Below are positions 27,443 to 32,000 of a stretch of 32,000 nucleotides of DNA, piece after piece (the stretch's first letter is position 1; every line of letters begins with the position of its first letter). The DNA lies in contig NZ_JAGIOS010000003.1 in the NCBI RefSeq assembly GCF_017876815.1, positions 510,001 to 542,000 of the forward strand, read 5' to 3'. The translations under genes were made by a program, and so were the position numbers. The DNA comes from Sinorhizobium meliloti. GTDB taxonomy: Bacteria > Pseudomonadota > Alphaproteobacteria > Rhizobiales > Rhizobiaceae. The notes below the pieces were generated by a model. It did not search any database. It saw only the letters and a list, made by a program, of their open reading frames with translations, and was not told the DNA's origin.

Positions 27443-28384
27443 TTACGCGCCGCTTCCCGAAGCCTGCCAGACCGGGATGCCAAGGCGGCGAGCCTTGTCG
27501 GCGAGGTTCTCGGTGATGCCGGAGCCGGGAAAGATGACGACGCCTGATGGCATGACCGAGAGCATGTCGTCGTTGCGGCGGAAGGGTGCTGCCTTGGCGT
27601 GCTTCGTCCAGTTCGGTTTGAAGGCGATCTGCGTCACCTTGCGCGCCTCGGCCCAGCAGGCGGCGATGCGCTCTGCTCCCTTCGGCGAGCCGCCATGCAG
27701 CAGAACCATATCAGGATGTTTCGCCAAGGCCTGATCGAGTTTCGCCCAGATCCGTTCGTGATCGTTGTAGTCGATGCCGCCGCCGAAGGCGATCTTGGTG
27801 CCGGCCGGGATCAGCACCTCGGTCTCGGCGCGGCGGCGGGCGGAAAGAAAGTCGCGGCTGTCGATCATCGCCGCGGTCATATTGGCATGGCTGACCTTGG
27901 AGCCGGTCCGCGGCCGCCAGGCGGATCCGGTCTGAGCTTCGAAGAGATCGGCTGCATAGTCGCGCATGAACTCGAAGGCGTTGCGGCGCTCGAGGAGCGT
28001 GATGCCCTCGGCGATCAGGCGTTCAAGCTCGACGCTTTTCACCTCCGAGCCGTCCTGCTCGCTCTGTCCGGCGCGCTGCGCGTCCTCATTGCGCTGGAGC
28101 TCGCGCTGGATGCGCTCGCCGGCGCGGTGGAAGAGATTGACCGTCGACCAGAGCAGATCTTCGAGATCGGGTTCCAGCCGCGTGTCGCCGAGCATCTCGA
28201 ACATGGCGTCGAACATCGCAGTCAGCGCCGACTGAACGACCGGCTCCTCGGGAAGTGGGCGCGGGTCTGGTTCGTCCTGGAAAGGACGATGGCCGTAGAT
28301 TTGCATCTCGTAGATGAAGCGGTTGGCTGGGGAAGACGCGTGGTGGGGCTCGAAGGCGTCGTCGAGGGACGAGGTAAGACTCAT
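27443..28384 (-). CDS. DUF2493 (SLOG-fold, Smf/DprA-LOG-like) domain protein with a ~200-aa N-terminal domain of unknown function
   Basis: The C-terminal block KIAFGGGIDYNDHERIWAKLDQALAKHPDMVLLHGGSPKGAERIAACWAEARKVTQIAFKPNW..FRRNDDML....GVVIFPGSGITENLADKARRLGIPVW is the DUF2493 pattern as I recall it. GGAG lies upstream of ATG 28384. Confidence 0.8.
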   Translation of the reverse strand: MSLTSSLDDAFEPHHASSPANRFIYEMQIYGHRPFQDEPDPRPLPEEPVVQSALTAMFDAMFEMLGDTRLEPDLEDLLWSTVNLFHRAGERIQRELQRNEDAQRAGQSEQDGSEVKSVELERLIAEGITLLERRNAFEFMRDYAADLFEAQTGSAWRPRTGSKVSHANMTAAMIDSRDFLSARRRAETEVLIPAGTKIAFGGGIDYNDHERIWAKLDQALAKHPDMVLLHGGSPKGAERIAACWAEARKVTQIAFKPNWTKHAKAAPFRRNDDMLSVMPSGVVIFPGSGITENLADKARRLGIPVWQASGSGA

Positions 28385-28711
28385 GATGATCTCCGTCGGT
28401 TTTGGGCCGCGGCTTTCGCGGCCTGACGGCGATCCCTGTCCATGCGGCGGCGGGCCGGAACCGCGAGCGCAGCGAAGCGGCCCAGCGTAGCGCCGGGCGG
28501 CTGAGGGAGGGTTTCTTGGCCCGCGAGGAATGCCGGGTTGCGAAGCGGCCCGGCAGGGAAAGAAACCTGACTGACCCGCTGAAGACCCGCCTGCCGTATG
28601 GTAAGGGTCGTCTCTCGGCAGGCCCGCGGGCGCCCGCCCACCCGTACGCGACCGACAGGATCCGGCCTTCCCTGCTACGCCGCGCCCTCCCCGCCTTCCC
28701 GTCCAGCAGCA

Positions 28712-29752
28712 TCAGGTGGGCAAGAACGCCTCGGCGTCTTCCGGCGCGAGCTGGGCTCTCAGATGCACAGTGAGCCGGTCGGATCCGAGCCGGAGCAGGT
28801 CCTCGTTGAAGTCGCCGAGCTCCGGGGCAAGCACGAGCGGTAGGATACCTAGCGTCTGCGCGCGGCGGCTCAACCGCTCGGCGCCATGCCGGCCGGCCGC
28901 GTCGGCGTCGGCTGCGATGTAAAGGCCCCGGCAACCATCGGGCAGCCGAAAGGCGGCAAGGTGATTGGCGGTCAGCGCCGCGGCCATCGGCATACCGGGC
29001 ATCACGTGCGCGACTGACAAGATGCTTTCGAGCCCTTCGCCCGCGGCCGTGACCGGCACTGGGCCATGGGCGGGAAACCAGAAGCGCACGGCATTTCCGA
29101 GCAGCCCGCCGAGCGCGCGGCGGGGATCGTCCACCTTCGCCTTTCCGTCGCCCCCCGGATCAAGCCAAGTGCGATGCACACCGGTGATCGCCCCGGAGGG
29201 ATCGGTCACGGCTGCGATCAGCGCCGGATAGCTAAACGTCCTGCCGGTCACGAGGTCCCGGTAAAAGCACGAGGGATGGAAGCGGAGCGCCTGGTGCAGA
29301 GCCCCCCGCAGGATGCCCCGCTGGCGCAAATAGCTGTCGGCCAGTGTGCCGGCGAGCGGCTTCGTCATCCGGAACAAGCGTCTTGCGCGTTCGCCTGCCG
29401 GTCTATCGACCGGCGGATCGGTGTGGGCGTCGCCCCTATGGGACGGCGCAGGATGGGGAAGGCTTAGGAAACGCCGCACCTCGTCTGCGACATCACGGAA
29501 GTCCACCAACCCGCAGGTCTCTCGAACGAGGTCGAGCAGATCGCCATGTTGAGAGGTTGCTGCATCTGTCCACCGTCCGGCACGCGGGCCGGAGAGATGG
29601 ACATAGAGCGACTTGCCCTTGCTGTTCGCGACGTCGCCGACGATCCAATAGTTGCCGGCCCGATGACCGGCGGAGAGGTAATGACGGCAGACCGCCTCGG
29701 CGTCGTGCGCGAGACGATCCGCCAATTGAGAAGCGGACAGCATGGCGATCAC
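28712..29752 (-). CDS. Toprim-domain protein (DUF7146/primase-like N-terminal region + Toprim)
   Basis: The N-terminal pattern is CRHYLSAGHRAGNYWIVGDVANSKGKSLYVHLSGPRAGRWTDAATSQHGDLLDLV. The Toprim acidic cluster is GLYIAADADAAGRHGAERL. The GTG start overlaps the upstream stop (GTGA). ATG 29743 is an alternative start. Confidence 0.8.
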   Translation of the reverse strand: MIAMLSASQLADRLAHDAEAVCRHYLSAGHRAGNYWIVGDVANSKGKSLYVHLSGPRAGRWTDAATSQHGDLLDLVRETCGLVDFRDVADEVRRFLSLPHPAPSHRGDAHTDPPVDRPAGERARRLFRMTKPLAGTLADSYLRQRGILRGALHQALRFHPSCFYRDLVTGRTFSYPALIAAVTDPSGAITGVHRTWLDPGGDGKAKVDDPRRALGGLLGNAVRFWFPAHGPVPVTAAGEGLESILSVAHVMPGMPMAAALTANHLAAFRLPDGCRGLYIAADADAAGRHGAERLSRRAQTLGILPLVLAPELGDFNEDLLRLGSDRLTVHLRAQLAPEDAEAFLPT

Positions 29753-30687
29753 ACCGGTCCAGTGACATCGACGATCGGATGCCGTTCGATGAGGCGGGCG
29801 AGGATCGCCGATCCTCCCTCGGATGTCGGAAGGAAGAACCTGAGCTTCCAGGCGATCGTCTCAGAGAACAGACCCATTGCTTTGAGCCTGTCCCGCATCC
29901 CGTCGGTGGAGCCACTGAGTGCGACACGATGGTCGCTCATCAACCGAACTCGGCGCAACGGCATATCGCCGGCGAGGGCAACGACCGAGGAGCCGCCGAG
30001 AAGCGATTGCCAGACTTGGTCGGCGTTGATGACCTCCGTCTGATCGAGCCCGAAATTCCGGCTAAGCCGTGAAAGCCCGCCGGTCTGGCGCTGACCCCGG
30101 GTAATCGCGTCGAGTGCGTCAAGGCGCCGAGCAATCGTTGACAGGAAGCGCCGTTCCGCCTTGACGTTGGTGGCGATCATGCGGAAGCGCGGCGGCTGTA
30201 CGATCGCCATGAAGCCGGTACCGGCGGACGGTTCATGCAGGGTATCGTTCGCGATGACGCCGGCGGCGTGAGCCGCGACAAGGCCAAGCGGCAGCGGCGT
30301 GGAAAACTGCTGGAGCTGTTGGCTTTCCTCGGAGCGCCGTGTGTGGGTCAGGATCAGGCCCACGACCTTCTTCAGCATGATCAGCGCCGCCTGAGGCGCG
30401 TTCGCGCGAGCGGAAATCGCTGCACCCAGTTTGCGCAGAAACAGGATCTGCGCGACCTCGGACGCCGCATAGGCGTCCTTCCCCGCCCAAAAGCCTTCGG
30501 CGTCCGATCCTCCGACGACATTGGTTAGGGTAGCGCGAAGATCGGTGGTACCAATTGCCTGGCCGTGTTCGAGAAACGGCAAAAGCTGATGGCCTGCAAC
30601 AAGATTTTTTCCTGCCCGGTCGGCACGGACGGAGGGAGCCAGCGGGACGGCGGCCGCGTTCGCGGCGCGAAATGAGGTCACGTTCAT
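29749..30687 (-). pseudogene. Internally deleted remnant of a large strawberry-notch-like N6-methyltransferase/helicase gene
   Basis: Residues 1-157 match the N-terminus of ICE/plasmid methylase-helicase proteins (GGSDAEGFWAGKDAYAASEVAQILFLRK...THTRRSEESQQLQQFSTPLPLG...LHEPSAGTG). The next recognisable block is the far-C-terminal FRMIATNVKAERRFLSTIARRLDALDAITRGQRQTGG. Full-length relatives are well over 1000 aa as I recall; this ORF is 312 aa. Confidence 0.55.
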
Positions 30688-31069
30688 GGGAAAACCCTGT
30701 CGAGAGCGGGATGGAACTGCCCGCCCGGACGCTCTCCAAGCCCCAGCAGGCCGTCCCTCTCTGGCCCCTCTCTCCCTCCGGGGCGATTAGGCAGCCAGCA
30801 CGCGACTTTCAGCCGGGTGCGAGCTCCAGTTCGACGAACGCCGCAACGCCGGCGACAGACAAGTCATGCAGAACGGCCCTGCACCCAGCGTCGATCCAGG
30901 TTGCGGTCTCTCTGCGCTAAGCTGATGGACATGGAGGAAAGCCTTGACAGTCTGATGCTGACGCCTCGACACTTGAAAGGATAGATGCCAAGAGCCTTTA
31001 CTGTCAATTTTGTGATAGTAACTGAAACACTGTCCGTGTACCTTCGGCCGAAGCAAGGGGAGAATAGAA

Positions 31070-32000
31070 GTGCGTAACTTTGCGATCGGCGATCAGGCAG
31101 TGGACGAATCCTCGCCCGAGTTTCGGGCGCTGCTTCCGCACGCCTATGAGCAAAAGCTTCGCCCGATGTGCATGTGCAAGGAACTTCCGGTTCCAATGTA
31201 TATCGCGCGCCTGGACGATCAGTATCTCATCAAGCGCATGCCGCTTTCGGGGCGCGACCACGATCCTGCATGCCCCTCCTATGAGCCGCCCTACGAGCTT
31301 TCTGGTCTCGGTCCCCTGATCGGCAATGCGATCCAGATCGGTGCCAGCGGCAAGGCAGACCTGAAGCTGGATTTTTCGCTGACAAAACGCGGGCCACGAT
31401 CGGCGCCGGGAGCGTCGGCTGAGGCAGCGGAGCGGGGCATCCGCAGCGAGCCGAAGAAACTGTCGCTCAGGGCGATGCTGCATTATCTTTGGGAGGCCGG
31501 CGAACTGACGGAATGGCGCTCGACGTGGACGGGCCGGCGCGGCTGGGGCCGGGTGCGTACGAGCCTCATCAATGCCGCCTCGCAGATGACCGCAAGGGGC
31601 GGTCCGTTGAGCGACATGATCTTCGTTCCTGAGGTGTTTCATCCTGACGACAAGGACGGGATCGCTGCTCGACGCGCCGCCGCGCTCAAGCAAATCCAGA
31701 CTTCAGGTTCGGGAACGCGCAAGCTCATGATGATCGTGGCCGAGGTAAAGGAGTTTGCCGCGGCCCGCGAAGGGCACAGAATCGTCGTACGGCACCTGCC
31801 CTTCCCGCTGATGATCGAGGATGGCGCGTGGCGGCGGCTCGCAGGGCGCTATGAGACCGAACTGGAACTGTGGCGCTCGAGCGAGGCGTTGCACCTGATC
31901 GTCATCGCGACCTTCGGCGTCTCGACCGCCGGCATCGCGTCGGTCGACGAGGTCGCCCTGATGGTGGTCAACGAGCATTGGCTGCCATTCGAGGACACTC
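31070..32000 (+). CDS. DUF1173-family protein; 3' end lies outside the window and the ORF is absent from the ORF track
   Basis: AAGGGGAG lies 7 nt upstream of GTG 31070, and an in-frame TAA sits at 31019-31021. The translation is open to the window end: MRNFAIGDQAVDESSPEFRALLPHAYEQKLRPMCMCKELPVPMYIARLDDQYLIKRMPLSGRDHDPACPSYEPPYELSGLGPL...KKLSLRAMLHYLWEAGELTEW...KLMMIVAEVKEF...LMVVNEHWLPFE. The Cys-rich N-terminus and the RDHDP.CPSYEPP block are the DUF1173 signature as I recall it. Confidence 0.8.
   Translation, partial: MRNFAIGDQAVDESSPEFRALLPHAYEQKLRPMCMCKELPVPMYIARLDDQYLIKRMPLSGRDHDPACPSYEPPYELSGLGPLIGNAIQIGASGKADLKLDFSLTKRGPRSAPGASAEAAERGIRSEPKKLSLRAMLHYLWEAGELTEWRSTWTGRRGWGRVRTSLINAASQMTARGGPLSDMIFVPEVFHPDDKDGIAARRAAALKQIQTSGSGTRKLMMIVAEVKEFAAAREGHRIVVRHLPFPLMIEDGAWRRLAGRYETELELWRSSEALHLIVIATFGVSTAGIASVDEVALMVVNEHWLPFEDT

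Noticed and set aside
28472-28554. Two GCGAAGCGGCCC(A/G)GC direct repeats considered as a mini-CRISPR or iteron array
   Set aside because: There are only two copies at 15 nt, no regular repeat-spacer periodicity and no cas or rep gene nearby. I kept them only as part of the structured-spacer observation.
28086-28934. 282-aa minus-strand ORF spanning the DUF2493 5' end, the spacer and the Toprim 3' end
   Set aside because: It crosses two well-supported genes out of frame and is Arg/Pro/Ala-rich, which is the typical GC-rich artefact.
31004-31693. 229-aa minus-strand ORF near the window end
   Set aside because: It is antisense to the far better supported DUF1173-like frame, which has an RBS, a conserved Cys-rich N-terminus and is open to the window end. 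The track omits that frame only because it has no stop inside the window.
1-32000. Search for tRNA, rRNA, IS elements or integrase genes as boundaries of a mobile island
   Set aside because: I could recognise no cloverleaf-like or rRNA-like sequence, no transposase or integrase motifs and no long terminal inverted repeats by eye. Absence cannot be proven without tRNAscan, Infernal or ISfinder-type searches.

Overview
High-GC, alphaproteobacterial (Rhizobiaceae-like) plasmid or ICE-type DNA in two parts. Bases 1-16.2 kb carry accessory cargo. This comprises a double-ATPase ABC protein (5' partial), a CapA-family protein, peptidase T, and an arylsulfatase operon. It also holds a two-component cluster (periplasmic-binding-domain histidine kinase plus two response regulators) and a five-gene envelope operon (DUF3300-like, DUF2950-like, small membrane protein, HlyD-like adaptor, large MscS-type channel). 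Bases 16.6-32 kb are a Dtr conjugation module, traA <- oriT -> traC traD traG, with a recognisable MOBQ-type nick region at ~21290-21322. Downstream is a block of small 'establishment'-type genes, almost all on the minus strand: a 58-aa coiled-coil ORF absent from the ORF track, DUF736, two toxin-antitoxin loci, a DUF2493/SLOG protein, a Toprim protein and a remnant of a strawberry-notch-like methylase/helicase. A DUF1173-like gene runs off the window end and is also missing from the track. The main result is an unusual density of gene lesions. traA carries one in-frame TAG that isolates its helicase P-loop. Both response regulators, a PIN toxin (three frame changes), a second toxin/antitoxin pair, two membrane proteins and a truncated HAD-like gene are also broken. 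The long genes nearby stay intact. Other signals are a 20-nt motif present three times around the two-component cluster, a nested AT-rich 21-bp inverted repeat upstream of DUF736, and a 22-bp perfect hairpin downstream of traA. I recognised no rRNA, tRNA, CRISPR array or intact IS element. All family names come from motif recognition by eye, not from searches.
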